Source: an uncultured Gemmatimonadaceae bacterium (GTDB lineage: Bacteria > Gemmatimonadota > Gemmatimonadetes > Gemmatimonadales > Gemmatimonadaceae). From it: a stretch of 64,000 nucleotides of DNA. Below the pieces are notes generated by a model, which was given only the letters and a program-made list of their open reading frames with translations, did no database searches and was not told the origin of the DNA. Shown one piece after another: positions 1 through 11,311 of the stretch (its first letter is position 1; every line of letters starts with the position of its first letter). The position numbers and the translations under genes are program-made. The stretch lies in assembly GCA_963829055.1 (NCBI GenBank), contig CAWHHI010000004.1, positions 576,001-640,000 on the forward strand. Direction: 5' to 3'.

Positions 1-1
1 T

Positions 2-1015
2 TTCCGCTCCCGGACGAGGTGCAACCTGTTAGGCAACCCGTGCCGCAACCGGTTCGCAGCCGGCGGTCTCGCGTCGCGTCGCGGCAAGACGGGCCCGCGG
101 CCCCTTCACACCGACATTCGCGCCCTGGCGGACGCGCGAGTCGCCGACGAGGCTGCGGCGTTCGCGGAAGCCGGCAAGATTCCGGAGGCGAAGGCGAAGC
201 TGTCGGCGATCGTGGTCCCGCGATTCCGGTGGCGCGCGGCGCACGCGATCGCGTCCGCGGCCAGCGCTGCGGAGGCGGTACCGCTCTGGCGGGATGCGCT
301 GCTCGAGGCACGGCTGGTGAACGAGCCGTCCGCACGAATCACGGCGGCGGCGTTGGCGACGGCCCTGGCGGAGACGTCCGATGGACAACTGCAGGTCGAT
401 CGCCTAACGCGCAACGCTCGGGCGATCACCAAGGCATGGACCGAGTCGGCGTTCGCGGAACAGTACGAGACGCTTCGCGAGCTGCTGGCGTCAGGCGTGG
501 GCCGAACGCGGCGCATGGACGAGCTCATTGCGGCTGCCACTCGCACGCTGAACTTCGGAGGGCAGACGGATTGGGTAACGGCGGCGTTCCAGCTGCCGTA
601 TCAGCTGGTGGATGCGTCGGGTGGCGTGTCCGCGCGCGACCAGGCGCTCTTTCGATCCGACCTGTTGTGGGGAATCCGGTTCAGCCTGTCCACGCTCTGG
701 AGCGTGGACGACGTGCGCGCGCTCATCGAGTCGGGTCGCCCCGGCAAGCGTGCGTTTGCACTGGCACTCATGAAGAGCCGCGCGGATCTGGCGCCGCTCG
801 ACCTCGTTCTCGCACTGATCGAAACGTCACTCAGCGCGTTCGAGCAATTCCATGCGTTGACCATGGCACTGAAGGTCGCGCCGTCGCTCGATCGCCCGCA
901 CCGATCGCAGCTCCGCGAGGCGATCGAGCGCGCGCGACGCACGCACCTGGTGCCAGACACGGATCGCTATGCGCTGTCGGAGCGCATTCTCGCCGCAATG
1001 TCCGACCGCGGGTAA
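2..1015 (+). CDS. Hypothetical alpha-helical protein, C-terminal part (5' end probably outside window or frameshifted)
   Basis: Frame of ORF 212..1015 is open back to base 2. GC3-rich codon usage. No family recognised. Confidence 0.6.
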   Translation, partial: FRSRTRCNLLGNPCRNRFAAGGLASRRGKTGPRPLHTDIRALADARVADEAAAFAEAGKIPEAKAKLSAIVVPRFRWRAAHAIASAASAAEAVPLWRDALLEARLVNEPSARITAAALATALAETSDGQLQVDRLTRNARAITKAWTESAFAEQYETLRELLASGVGRTRRMDELIAAATRTLNFGGQTDWVTAAFQLPYQLVDASGGVSARDQALFRSDLLWGIRFSLSTLWSVDDVRALIESGRPGKRAFALALMKSRADLAPLDLVLALIETSLSAFEQFHALTMALKVAPSLDRPHRSQLREAIERARRTHLVPDTDRYALSERILAAMSDRG

Positions 1016-1020
1016 CGATG

Positions 1021-1167
1021 GTCATTCCGAGCGGAGGCCGGAGCCGTGTCATTCCGAGCGGAGGCCCGAAGGGCCGCAGTCGAGGAATCGCGATCATCCT
1101 GGGCAGAGGGCCCTCTACCGTGCAGAGTCTCGATTCCTCGACTCGCCTGCGCTCGCTCGGAATGACA
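1021..1167. repeat. GTCATTCCGAGCG...CGCTCGGAATGAC palindromic element (MITE/REP-like), copy 1
   Basis: Terminal inverted repeats GTCATTCCGAGCG (duplicated at 1021 and 1048) and CGCTCGGAATGAC. Inner IR CGAGGAATCG/CGATTCCTCG. Internal sequence shared with the copy at 5038. Confidence 0.9.
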
Positions 1168-1239
1168 ACACTGGCTCCCCCATCGCGCGACCCATACGTT
1201 AGCCGCGTATTCCGTCCTTCCCAGAGACAACGACAACAC

Positions 1240-4200
1240 ATGCCTACTCGAGCCGCCCTGATCGCGCTCGCCGCCGGCCTGTGCGCGACGCCGACCCCCG
1301 TCGCGTTTGCGCAGCAGCAGCAACCCGACAACTCGCGCGCCTTGCACTGGCGTCAGATCGGCCCGACGCGTGGCGGCCGCGCACGCGCGCTGTCCGGCGT
1401 GCCGAGCCAGCCGAACGTGTTCTACATCGGCTTCGACAACGGCGGCGTGTGGCGCTCCACGGACTACGGCTCGACGTGGGTACCGCTGTTCGACGATCAA
1501 CCCACGGGTTCGATCGGCGCTATCGCGGTTGCGCCGTCGGACCCGAACATCATCTACGTCGGGTCCGGCGCGGGGATCATCCGCCCCGACCTCGCGACCG
1601 GTGACGGCGTCTACAAGTCCACCGATGCCGGAAAGACGTGGACGCATCTCGGTCTTCGCGACACGCAGATGATCGCGATGATCGACGTCGATCCCCGCGA
1701 CCCCAACCGGCTGTTCGTCGCCGCGCTGGGCCACCCGTACGGACCTAACGCGGAGCGCGGCATCTTTCGATCGACCGACGGTGGTCAGTCGTTCCAGAAG
1801 GTGCTGTTCAAGGACGAGTACACGAGCGGCAACGACGTGCGCATCGATCCGTCGGATCCGAACACCGTCTACGCGACGCTGTGGCAGCAGCAGCAGAGCT
1901 TCATCGAGGGGCAGGGCTTCGGCGGGGCAGGGAACGGCATCTACAAGTCCACGGACGGCGGCACGAACTGGAAGCAATTGACGGACGGGCTGCCGAGCGT
2001 GATCCAGGCGAACATTGCGCTGGCGCCGAGCAATCCGCAGGACGCTGTATGCCACCGTCGCGGGGACGATGCCTAACGCTGGCGGCGGCCGACCGGCGAA
2101 CACGACCACCGGTGTCGTGGGCTTCTTCAAGTCGACCGATGCGGGCGAGCACTGGACGCTCGTCGTCGAACAGCGCGCCGGGTGCGGGTGGCGGCAAGGT
2201 CGATCCAGCGTCCGCTCGCGCGCATCGGTGGCGGCGATCTCCCGACGGTGACCGTCGATCCGAAGAACGAGAACGTCGTGTACACGGCGTCCACCGTCAT
2301 GTGGCGCACCGAGGACGGCGGTGCGAACTGGTCCGCCGTGCGTGGCGCACCTGGCGGCGACGACTACCAGAAGATCTGGATCAACCCTAACGATTCGAAG
2401 ATCATCCTCGTCGTCGCCGACCAGGGCGCGGTCGTCTCGGCGAATCGCGGCGCGTCGTGGAGCAACTGGTACACGCAGCCGACGGGCGCGATGTATCACG
2501 TCACGACGGACAACGCGTTCCCGTACCGCGTCTGCGGCGGCCAGCAGGATTCGGGCTCGGCGTGCGTGGACAGTCGCTCCATGGACGGCCAGATCACGTT
2601 CCACGACTGGCATCCGGTGAACATCCAGGAGTACGGCGTGGCCGCGCCGGACCCGAAGGACCCGGACATGGTGTTCGGCAGCGCGCGCACGAACGTGTCG
2701 CTCTACAACCGAAAGACCGGCCAGACGACGAACGTCGGCCCGACACCCGATCAGCGCGCGGGCGGATTCGGGCGCAACGTGCGAACGATGCCGATCGCCT
2801 GGTCGCCGGTGAATCCGAGCGTCCTGTTCTACACGTCGAACGCGGTCTGGAAGTCGACCGACCACGCGCACACGTGGACGCGCATCAGCCCCGATCTCAC
2901 GCGCCAGACGTGGGAGGTGCCCGCGACCGCAGGCAAGTACGCCAGCACCGTGACGCCGGCCCCGCTAGGCAGCCTGACGGCGATGGCGCTCTCGCCGCGA
3001 GAGCCTCAACGTGATCTGGACCGGCAGCGACGATGGCATGATCCAGGTGACGATGGACGGCGGTGCGAAGTGGACGAACGTGACGCCGCCGGCAATCAAG
3101 CCGTGGACGCGCATCTTCAACATCGACGCCGGTCACTTCGACAATCTCACCGCGTACGCCGCCGCGAACACGATGCGCATCGACGACATGAATCCGCACT
3201 TCTGGCGGACGCACGACGGCGGCAAGACGTGGACGGAGATCAATACCGGCATCGCGCCGGGCGGCGTCGCGAACTCGATTCGCGAAGATCCGCGCAAGAA
3301 GGGTCTGCTCTACGCCGCGACCGAGTTGCAGGTGTGGGTGTCGTACGACGATGGCGATCACTGGGAGTCGCTCAGCTACGACATGCCGGCCATCTCGGTG
3401 CGCGACATCCAGGTGAAGGACGACAGCACGTGCCTGTGCGCGGATCTCGTCGCCGGCACGCATGGCCGAGGCTTCTGGATCCTCGACAACCTCACGCCGC
3501 TGAGGCAGATGGCCGACGCGCGTGCGGCGCAATCCGCCGGCAATGCGTTCCTGTTCAAGCCGGCGACAGCCGTGCGCGTGCGATTCGGCACGAACGACCC
3601 GACGCCGTGGCCACCCGAGCTGCCGGCGGGTGAGAATCCGCTGCCCGGTGGCGATCATCGACTACAACCTCGCGAAGGACGCGTCGTCGCCCGTCACGCT
3701 GGACGTCGTCGACGCCGCGGGGAAAGTTGTGCGTCACTACTCGAGCGAGGATCGTGTTCGCGACCCGAACCCGGCGCTCAATCCGGCGGCGTACGACAAG
3801 CTGTGTCAGGCGACGCCCAGCGCGCCGGACTGCGCGTTGCCGTTGTACTGGCCCGCGGCGCCGATCCGGTTGTCGACGCGCGCTGGCTTCCATCGCTTCA
3901 CGTGGGATCTGCACTTCGACGCGATCGGTGAGGACCCCGACGCCGGCGGACGAAGGGCGCGCAGGGCGCCGTGCCGCATCACACGTACGACATGCCGTAT
4001 TCGCCCTGGGCTCCGCCGGGCACGTACACCGTCCGCCTAACGGTGGACGGCAAGCGATACACGCAGCCGATCACGCTCAAGCTGGATCCACGCGTGAAGA
4101 CGCCGGCGACGGCGCTCGCGCAGCTGAATGCGGTCACGCGCGAGACGTACGACGCGGCGGTGGCGGCGCACAACGCCTACGAACAGGCACGTGCGCTCGT

Positions 4201-4567
4201 GGCGCAACTCGACAAACAGTCGGGCGAGGACGTCGTGGCGTTCAAGGCGCAGGTGGAGGCGCTTGCCCCAGGCGGTGCGGCGGGTCGTCGCGGCCGAGGA
4301 TTTGGAGGTGGCGGACCCGGGGGCGGAGGTGCCCCGCCCCCGCCCACGCTCGAGAGTGTCAGCACGGCGATGATGGCGGCGGCTATGGCGATGCAGGGAG
4401 CGGACGTCGCGCCTACCGCGGGTCAGGTGGCGGTGGCGGCAAAGGCGCGTGCGGATGGGGCCGGCGTCATCCGGTCCTGGACGACGCTTCGGACGACCGG
4501 GTTGGCGGCTCTGAACGCGAAGCGGCGAGCGGCGGGGCAGCCGGCGATTGTCGTTCCGGGCGCCTAA
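1240..4567 (+). CDS. Exported BNR/VPS10 (Asp-box) repeat beta-propeller protein, glycosyl hydrolase-like; frameshifted in assembly
   Basis: Signal peptide MPTRAALIALAAG..., WRQIGPTRGGR start and many S/T-x-D-x-G-x-T/S-W Asp boxes across ORFs 19..2076, 2182..3633, 3011..3931 and 3971..4567. C-terminal PGTYTVRLTVDG motif. Confidence 0.85.
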
Positions 4568-4594
4568 CGTACAGAGAAGCCGTTGTGGGAAAGG

Positions 4595-4627
4595 AAGTTA
4601 CGCCGCGCTGGGCCGGCGGCGTAACTT
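4595..4627. terminator. Perfect 12-bp stem hairpin downstream of hydrolase gene (possible terminator or small REP)
   Basis: AAGTTACGCCGC-N9-GCGGCGTAACTT; no clear U-tract. Confidence 0.5.
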
Positions 4628-4677
4628 GCCGGGCGCGAGTCCGTAGGGCCAACACGACCAATTGTGGAGCTGAGACG

Positions 4678-4998
4678 ATGGAAGGCGATGTCTTGATGTT
4701 TGCGCAGGTCATGACGGTGATCCTGGCGTCGGTTGCCGCGCTCGTGGGGATAGGATTGACCGCTCGCGTGGTGTGGATGAAGGGGTCGCGTGTGAAGCCC
4801 GGCGCGGGGCCGCGCATAGACGATGGGCGGCTGGACCGCCTGGAGGCGGCGGTGGACGCGATCGCGATCGAGGTCGAGCGGATCTCGGAAGGGCAGCGGT
4901 TCACGGTCGGGTTGTTGACGGAACGGCTGCCTGCGCGTTCTCCGGATCGTCTTGGCGAGCTTGCGTCTCCCACGAAGCGGACGAACACGCCGCACTAG
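4678..4998 (+). CDS. Small single-pass membrane protein with coiled-coil RLDRLEAAVDAIAIEVERISEGQRF motif
   Basis: C-terminal part of ORF 3727..4998. N-terminal hydrophobic helix plus a motif I recall from Gemmatimonadota hypothetical proteins. Start could be 4696. Confidence 0.75.
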   Translation: MEGDVLMFAQVMTVILASVAALVGIGLTARVVWMKGSRVKPGAGPRIDDGRLDRLEAAVDAIAIEVERISEGQRFTVGLLTERLPARSPDRLGELASPTKRTNTPH

Positions 4999-5037
4999 AG
5001 CCGGAGGGCGAGCGGAGGGCGGAAGGCGGACGGCGGT

Positions 5038-5196
5038 TGTCATTCCGAGCGGAGCGCCGAAGGCGCGGGGGTGCCCACGAAGTGGGCCCATCGAGGAATC
5101 CTTGCTGTCTGGGTTGAGGGCCCTCTACCGGGCACAGTCTCGATTCCTCGACTTCGCTCGGAATGACAAGCCTTCGGTGCTCCGCTCGGAATGACA
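5038..5196. repeat. GTCATTCCGAGCG palindromic element, copy 2
   Basis: TGTCATTCCGAGCGGAG ... CGAGGAATC ... GAGGGCCCTCTACCG..GATTCCTCGAC..CGCTCGGAATGACA with duplicated right end. Preceded by GGCGGA(G/A/C) heptamers. Confidence 0.9.
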
Positions 5197-5198
5197 GC

Positions 5199-6267
5199 CT
5201 AGTCGCCAGAGACCGCAGTCGAACCCGCCGGCGTAGTGGGCGTCGGCGGATGCCAGGGCGGCAACCAGCGACGCACGACCAGCCAGCCCACCAGCGCCAG
5301 CGCGCCTAACGGGATCGAGCACACCGAGGCTGGCGACGAACGCCGCCACCAGGCCGACGAAGTTGCGCCACGCCTGACGGAACGCCACCAGGATCGGCCC
5401 GTCGCCCGCCACCGGCACGATGATCGGCGCGTGCTCGTGCACCGCGATCGTCAGCGTGCTCATCGCGGCGCGCGTCTTGAGGAAGCGCAGCCGGCCCTCG
5501 TACCGCTCGATCTCCTCACGCACGCGAGCCAGCTCGTGTTCCACGGACAACACATCCTGAAGCTTGCCCGTGCGGTTCGCGAGCAGATCGATGATCCGCG
5601 CCTCGAGCCGATGCGCGTTCTCGACGCGAGCCGAGATGTCGACGAATTCCTCGCTCACGTCCTCCGCGTTCACGTTCACTGACTCGACCTTGCCAATGGG
5701 CGTGAGTCCGGCGAGCGCATCGTCGAAGCGCTCGGCGGGGATCTTCACCTCGAGCGACGCGGTTCTGGCCTGATCGCGGCCTCCCTGGATCGCGGTATTC
5801 GCGACGAAGCCACCGACGCGCCCCGCGACGAGGCGGACGCGCGCGATCGCGGCATCGAGCGAGTCGACCTCGATGCTGGCCGTGCCATTCCGGACGATCA
5901 TCGATGCGGCCGACGATGTCAGCGCAACCGCGGTTGCCGCAGGCATTCCCGGCTCTGCTGCCGTCGAGCCGTCCGCGGACAAGGGTCTCGCCGCGTCCAT
6001 CGATTTGCGCCCCGACGCGCTCGAGTACCCAGCGGAGCCAGCCATGATGCCGCGTCCGGCCTCGTTTTGCGGCGCCGGCGCCATGGCGGCCACTTCGAGT
6101 TTTTCCGTGACAGAGCTGGACAGCGCGCTCGGAGCGCGGTCACTGCAAGCGACGATGAGGCCGCCCGCCGTCAGGACGGCGACGACGAGAATGGCGGGGC
6201 CGGGACGACGCGCGGCGAATCGGAGGCGTGATGAGCGATGCCGGGGACGAGGCGATGACGGGCGCAT
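5199..6267 (-). CDS. DUF4349-family lipoprotein (frameshift near 3' end)
   Basis: Lipobox LIVAC. MIVRNGTASIEV...EDVSEEFVDISARVEN...LSVEHELARVREEIERYEGRLRFL signature. Corrected frame ends ...AVSGD* at 5199. Confidence 0.85.
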
Positions 6268-6473
6268 GGGATGGGACGTATGGGGCCGGCCAGGTAATAC
6301 CGAATGACACCGAGTCGCAGGCCGCCGGATGCTGCTCGCGCTCGGAGCGCCGAACGGTCGTTCAGTCGCTCAGATGGGAGACGTCGCGACAGCCCGATTC
6401 ATGCACACATCACGGCGCCGTACATTCCAACCAGCCTCGTCCCCTCTCAAACTCGCTCAAACTCGAGCCTCGC

Positions 6474-8300
6474 ATGCTCCTGTCATTCCGTTTGCTTCCC
6501 GCGGCCGCCACGGCCGCGTTCATCCTTTTGCTGGCCCCCGGCGCTCGCCTCAGCGCACAGGCGGCGGTGCAGTCGGCGCCGATCAGTGCTGTACGCTACG
6601 AGGTCACGTTCGACCAGAGCACGGCGCCGACGCGCACGCTGCGAGTTGGCATGACGTTCGACGTGACGGGTCCTGGGCCGGTGCTCTTGTCGCTGCCGGC
6701 GTGGACGCCGGGCGCGTACGAGATCTCGAACTTCGCGCGCTGGGTATCCAACTTCTCCGCCACGTCAGGCGGCCGCCCACTCGGCTGGGACAAGCTGGAC
6801 TACGACACGTGGCGCGTCCGCGCCGATGGCGCAAAGAACGTCACCGTCACATTCGACTATCTCGCCGACTCGCTCGACAATGCGATCGCGTGGGCCAACG
6901 GGAACTTCGTGTTCTTCAACGGCACGAACGTCTTTCTCTATCCCGAGGGACGGCCCACCGATTTCGCGGCGACCGTCTCCGTGAAGACGGATCCATCGTG
7001 GCTCGTGACGACGGGCATGAAGCCCGCTGGCGCGCCACGCAGCTACTCGGCCACCAATTACCACGATCTCGTCGACATGCCGTTCTTCGTCGGCGTGTAC
7101 GATGTGGACAGCGCGCAGATCGCGAACAAGTGGGTGCGCATGGCGTCGTGGCCCAAGGGCGGCCTGAAGGGCGAGGACCGCACGACGTTCTGGGATCACC
7201 AGAAGAAAGTGCTGCCGGCGATGGGCACGGTGTTCAATGACATCCCGTTCGACACGTACACGACGTTCATCGTCTTCGATTCGACGTCAGGCGGCGGCAG
7301 CGCGCTCGAGCATCAGAACTCGCACCTTGGCATCTACACGCCGCTGCTCGCGCAGAGCGTGCTGTTTCCGTCCATCACGGCGCACGAGATGATTCACGCA
7401 TGGAACGTGAAGCGGCTGCGTCCCGCGGACATGGTGCCTTACAAGTACTCGCAGCCGCAGCCGACGACGTGGCTCTGGGTGAGCGAAGGGATCACGGACT
7501 ACTACTCGGACGTGGTGCTCACGCGCTCGGGCGTCGTGGACTCGACGGGGTTCATCATCCTCACGCAGGGTAAGGTCGAGGAGGTGAACGCGTCCCCGCC
7601 GGTGGCGCTGGAGGATGCGTCGCTGTCGACGTGGATCCATCCGACCGATGGTTCGGGCTACATCTACTACCAGAAGGGATCGCTCGCCGGATTCCTGCTC
7701 GACATCATGATCCGCGATGCGAGCGACAACAAGCGAAGCCTGGACGACGTGTTCCGCGAGCTCTATCAGTCGGCGTACAAGCAGAAGTGGACGGGCTTCA
7801 CTGGCGAGCAATGGTGGGGCGCGGTCAGCCGAGCGGCGGGCGGGAAGTCGTTCGATGACTTCAACGCGAAGTACATTGACGGTCGCGAGCCGATGCCGTT
7901 CGCATCGGTGCTGCCGCTCGGCGGCTTCCGCCTAACGGTGGATTCCATTCGCGAGCCGCGTCTCGGTGTGACCAGCGCGCCGGACTCGTCGGGCGTGCGC
8001 GTAGCGGAAGTGCAGGCGGGCAGCCCGGCGGAGGCGGCCGGAATCAAGCCGGGGGATCTCCTCCTGCAGGTCGGCGACATCCCGGTGCGCGACGCGTCGT
8101 TCGGCGAGCAGTTCCGCACTCGTTATGCAAAGGCCGAGGGGACGAACGTTCCGGTGAAGGTGCGGCGCGGAGATCAGACGGTCGACCTGCAGATCGCGGT
8201 GCGGATGGCGGTGCGTACGGAGCAGCGCCTGATGGTGGATCCGAATGCATCGCCGAAGGCGGTGCGCATCCGGAATGGGATTTTGAAGGGGACGACGTAG
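6474..8300 (+). CDS. M61 family glycyl aminopeptidase-like metallopeptidase with C-terminal PDZ domain
   Basis: Signal peptide, LPAWTPGAY, ALEHQNS, HEMIHAWNVKRLRP (HExxH), WVSEGITDYY, YYQKGS, PDZ (GSPAEAAGIKPGD). Confidence 0.92.
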   Translation: MLLSFRLLPAAATAAFILLLAPGARLSAQAAVQSAPISAVRYEVTFDQSTAPTRTLRVGMTFDVTGPGPVLLSLPAWTPGAYEISNFARWVSNFSATSGGRPLGWDKLDYDTWRVRADGAKNVTVTFDYLADSLDNAIAWANGNFVFFNGTNVFLYPEGRPTDFAATVSVKTDPSWLVTTGMKPAGAPRSYSATNYHDLVDMPFFVGVYDVDSAQIANKWVRMASWPKGGLKGEDRTTFWDHQKKVLPAMGTVFNDIPFDTYTTFIVFDSTSGGGSALEHQNSHLGIYTPLLAQSVLFPSITAHEMIHAWNVKRLRPADMVPYKYSQPQPTTWLWVSEGITDYYSDVVLTRSGVVDSTGFIILTQGKVEEVNASPPVALEDASLSTWIHPTDGSGYIYYQKGSLAGFLLDIMIRDASDNKRSLDDVFRELYQSAYKQKWTGFTGEQWWGAVSRAAGGKSFDDFNAKYIDGREPMPFASVLPLGGFRLTVDSIREPRLGVTSAPDSSGVRVAEVQAGSPAEAAGIKPGDLLLQVGDIPVRDASFGEQFRTRYAKAEGTNVPVKVRRGDQTVDLQIAVRMAVRTEQRLMVDPNASPKAVRIRNGILKGTT

Positions 8301-8372
8301 GCCTTGGGAAGGAGGCCTTAGGAAGGAGGCGCGGACGGCGGAGGGCGGAAGCGGAGGGCGGCAAAAAGGCGT

Positions 8373-8494
8373 TGTCAGCCCGAGCGCAGCAGTCGTCATC
8401 CCGAGCGGCAGCGAGGGATCTCCTGTGAAGTACTCGTAGCCGGTCCAGCCACGATGACGTTCGAGAAGATCCCTCGCTGATGCTCGGGATGACA
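8373..8494. repeat. GTCATCCCGAGC...GCTCGGGATGAC palindromic element, copy 3, flanked by inverted GGCGGAG/CTCCGCC heptamer arrays
   Basis: TIR GTCATCCCGAGC/GCTCGGGATGAC and inner IR CAGCGAGGGATCT/AGATCCCTCGCTG. Confidence 0.85.
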
Positions 8495-8569
8495 CGCCGT
8501 TTCTCCGCCCTCCCGTCCTTCCGCCGTCCTCCTCCTTCCCACGGCCTCCTGCCCCAGCCCCGGCCGGCC

Positions 8570-8587
8570 CTGACACGCCGCTGACAC
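8570..8587 (+). promoter_or_regulatory. Candidate OmpR/PhoB-family direct-repeat binding site
   Basis: CTGACAC-N4-CTGACAC (11-bp period) about 60 bp upstream of the histidine kinase start. Confidence 0.4.
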
Positions 8588-8649
8588 TCCGACGGGCGCC
8601 ACGCTACCGTGAGTTGCCGAGATCTCGACGGGCGATGTAAGGTCTAGTC

Positions 8650-10419
8650 ATGTCAGACCCCCGGCTCCCGCGATCTCGTACCACATCGCTCGTCGCGATT
8701 CTCCTGCTCACCGTGGCCCTGGCCGCGTTTCTCGCCTACGAGGCGTGGGACGCCGGACGGTCGCACCGGGCCACCGCGAAGCGCGCCATCAACGACTACG
8801 CCAAGTTCGCCGCGTGGGAGTTCTCCGTCAGCGCGAAGGAAGTCCTCTACTCCACGTTGGCGTGGGCGTTCAGCCCTATCGGAATGCTCGACGCCCGCGA
8901 CCTCGATCGGCCGCTGCCGGGGCCGTCGATTCTCGATCACGAGAAATCCTCACACCTTCTTTGCGCGCGGGATTCGTCGCGCTACTTCTTCCGCCTCGAC
9001 CTGCGTGACGCGTCGTTCGTGACGAGCGGCGACGTGCCGGCCGCGTCCATGCGGAAGTGGATGCTCGACACGCTGCCGAAGAACGCGAAGACGTACAAGC
9101 CGGACTGGAGCTACGAGGTCGTGTCCGGGAGCGTGGACGGGCCATCCGCGCGCGATCGTCTACCAGCTCAAGCACGACCGGGCGGGCCACCCCGCCGTGG
9201 CCTACGGGTTCGAGCTGTGCTTCGCGCAGTTCGCGTCCATCGGCCTGCAGAAGGTCATGGCGTCCTACGCCATCCTGCCGCCGTCGCTCACGGGTGGCGT
9301 GCCTAACGACTCGGTGTCGAACGACTCGATCTTCTCGGTGAAGGTGTTCGACGGCGGCGGGCACCTCGTGTTCAAGTCGAACGTCCAGTACCCGGATACG
9401 TACACCGGGGCCTACAAGCTCGACTACTTCGGGGGGCTCAAGAGCGTCATCGCGCTTCGGCCGACGCTCGCGAAGACGCTGCTCATTGGCGAACTGCCGA
9501 GTGAGCGACTGCCACTCCTGCTTGGGGTGCTCGCGCTGAGTGTGGGTCTCGCCGCGATCGGCGTCATGCAGCTGCGGCGCGAGAGCGAGCTGGCGCGCCT
9601 TCGATCGGATTTCATCGCGAGTGTATCGCACGAGCTGCGCACGCCACTGGCGCAGGTTCGCATGTTCGCGGAAACGTTGCTCCTCGGTCGCGTACGGAGC
9701 GAGGAGGAGCGATTGCGATCGCTGCAGATCGTCGATCAGGAAGCGCGACGCCTGACGCATCTCGTCGAGAACATCCTCCAGTTCTCGCGCGCAGAGCGTC
9801 AGGCGATTCGACTATCGCCCGTGCCGGTCGAGCTGGGCGCGCAGGTGCGAGAGGCGGTCGAGGCGTTCGCGCCGGTGGCACGGGCGCGACACGTCGTGGT
9901 GGAGACGACGCTCGAGAGCGACGTGGTGTGCGTCGTGGATCCGGCCGCACTGCGGCAGATCCTGCTCAATCTCCTCGACAACGCGGTGAAGTTCGGTCCA
10001 CTGGGGCAGACGGTGGCGATCACGCTGCAGCGGAGCGGTGACAACGCGGTGATCATCGTGGATGATCAGGGACCGGGCGTCCCTCGTGAGCATCGCTCAC
10101 GTATCTGGGAGCCGTACCAGCGTCTCGAGAGCGCGGTGACCGCGGCGGTCGCCGGCAGCGGCATTGGCCTCGCGGTGGTGGCGCAGCTCGTCACGTTGCA
10201 CGGCGGTCGCGCGTGGACCGATGCAGCGCCCGGCGCCGGAGCCCGGTTTGTCGTTGAAATCCCGACTGGCGCCGGACGGGAACAGGGAACGGGGAACGGG
10301 GAACCGCGATGGCGCGACAGGGAACCGGCGGGACGACGACGTCAGCGCGGCAGCGCGCAGCCTCCGTTCCCGGTTCCCAGTTCCCGGTTCCCGAGCACCG
10401 ACTCTCCTCCAGGAAGTAG
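8650..10419 (+). CDS. Membrane sensor histidine kinase 1 (HisKA + HATPase); frameshifted, 3' end approximate
   Basis: Two TM helices, H-box SHELRTPLAQ, N-box NLLDNAVKF, DQGPG, GSGIGL. ORFs 8650..9306 and 9197..10540. Confidence 0.9.
10278..10392. repeat. Inverted heptamer arrays (GGGAACN)x4 ... (NGTTCCC)x4
   Basis: 10278-10305 and 10365-10392 are mutually complementary arrays. Confidence 0.85.
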
Positions 10420-10425
10420 TGCGCA

Positions 10426-11115
10426 ATGTCTCGCGTTCTCGTCGTCGAAGACAATGCCGATCTGGCTTTCGGTCTCCGCAACAATCTCGAGATCGAGGGC
10501 TACGAAGTCATCGTCGCCGACGATGGGCCGACCGGCCTAACGCGGGCGCGAGAGGGCATGCCCGACCTCGTCATCCTCGATCTCATGCTGCCCGGCATGG
10601 ACGGCTACCGCGTGCTGCGCGCGCTTCGCGCCGAGGGCTTCGAGCGGCCGGTGCTGATCCTCACGGCGCGCGGGGAGGAGGCGGACAAGGTCATCGGGTT
10701 CCGGAACGGCGCCGACGATTACGTGACGAAGCCGTTCGGCGTGCTGGAGCTGCTCGCACGCATCGAGGCGTTGCTGCGGCGCTCGACGGGCGCGGTGCGC
10801 GCGCAGGCATCAGCCGCGGCTGAGCGGTTCGGCGACGTCGAGGTCGATCGTTCGGCACGGACGGTGACGCGACAGGGAGTGCCTGTGTATCTCGCGCCGA
10901 TGGAGTTCGAGTTGCTGCTTGCGCTGCTGCAGCGTCGCGGAGCGGTCGCGACACGTCAGGAGCTCATGCGGGAAGTGTGGGGACACCGGGCTGTGGTCGT
11001 GAGTCGCACGGTCGATACGCACATCGCCGAGCTGCGGCGCAAGCTCGAGCATGATCCGGCGGAGCCGCGTCACATTCTGACCGTGCGAAAGGCTGGATAC
11101 CGACTGGAGCGCTGA
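10426..11115 (+). CDS. OmpR-family response regulator 1
   Basis: Receiver VLVVED...DLMLPGMDG...GADDYVTKPF plus winged helix with SRTVDTHIAELRRKLE...VRKAGY. Confidence 0.95.
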   Translation: MSRVLVVEDNADLAFGLRNNLEIEGYEVIVADDGPTGLTRAREGMPDLVILDLMLPGMDGYRVLRALRAEGFERPVLILTARGEEADKVIGFRNGADDYVTKPFGVLELLARIEALLRRSTGAVRAQASAAAERFGDVEVDRSARTVTRQGVPVYLAPMEFELLLALLQRRGAVATRQELMREVWGHRAVVVSRTVDTHIAELRRKLEHDPAEPRHILTVRKAGYRLER

Positions 11116-11218
11116 CTGCGAGCAGCTGCACGCTGGGAACATCTGCCGACGGCTGCATGCTGCGGCCGCAGCTACCCGCTCTGCCAATACCGCCCGGTCA
11201 CCCATCGCGCTGAGCAAC

Positions 11219-11295
11219 ACCCAGCGTCACCCAGCAACCAGCACGAGCCACCCAGCAACCAGCCGTTCCAGTCCCCAGTCCCCAGTCCCCAGTCC
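11219..11295. repeat. Short tandem heptamer repeats including (CCAGTCC)x4
   Basis: Degenerate CCAGCA(A)C repeats 11219-11263, then four exact CCAGTCC units 11268-11295, between convergent genes. Confidence 0.8.
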
Positions 11296-11311
11296 CCGTC
11301 CTCGGCAGCCC

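Noticed and set aside
967..2871. Long antisense and alternative-frame ORFs (also 30233..31975, 44381..45721, 12454..13731)
   Set aside because: Arg/Ala-rich shadows of real genes, expected in high-GC DNA; no recognisable motifs.
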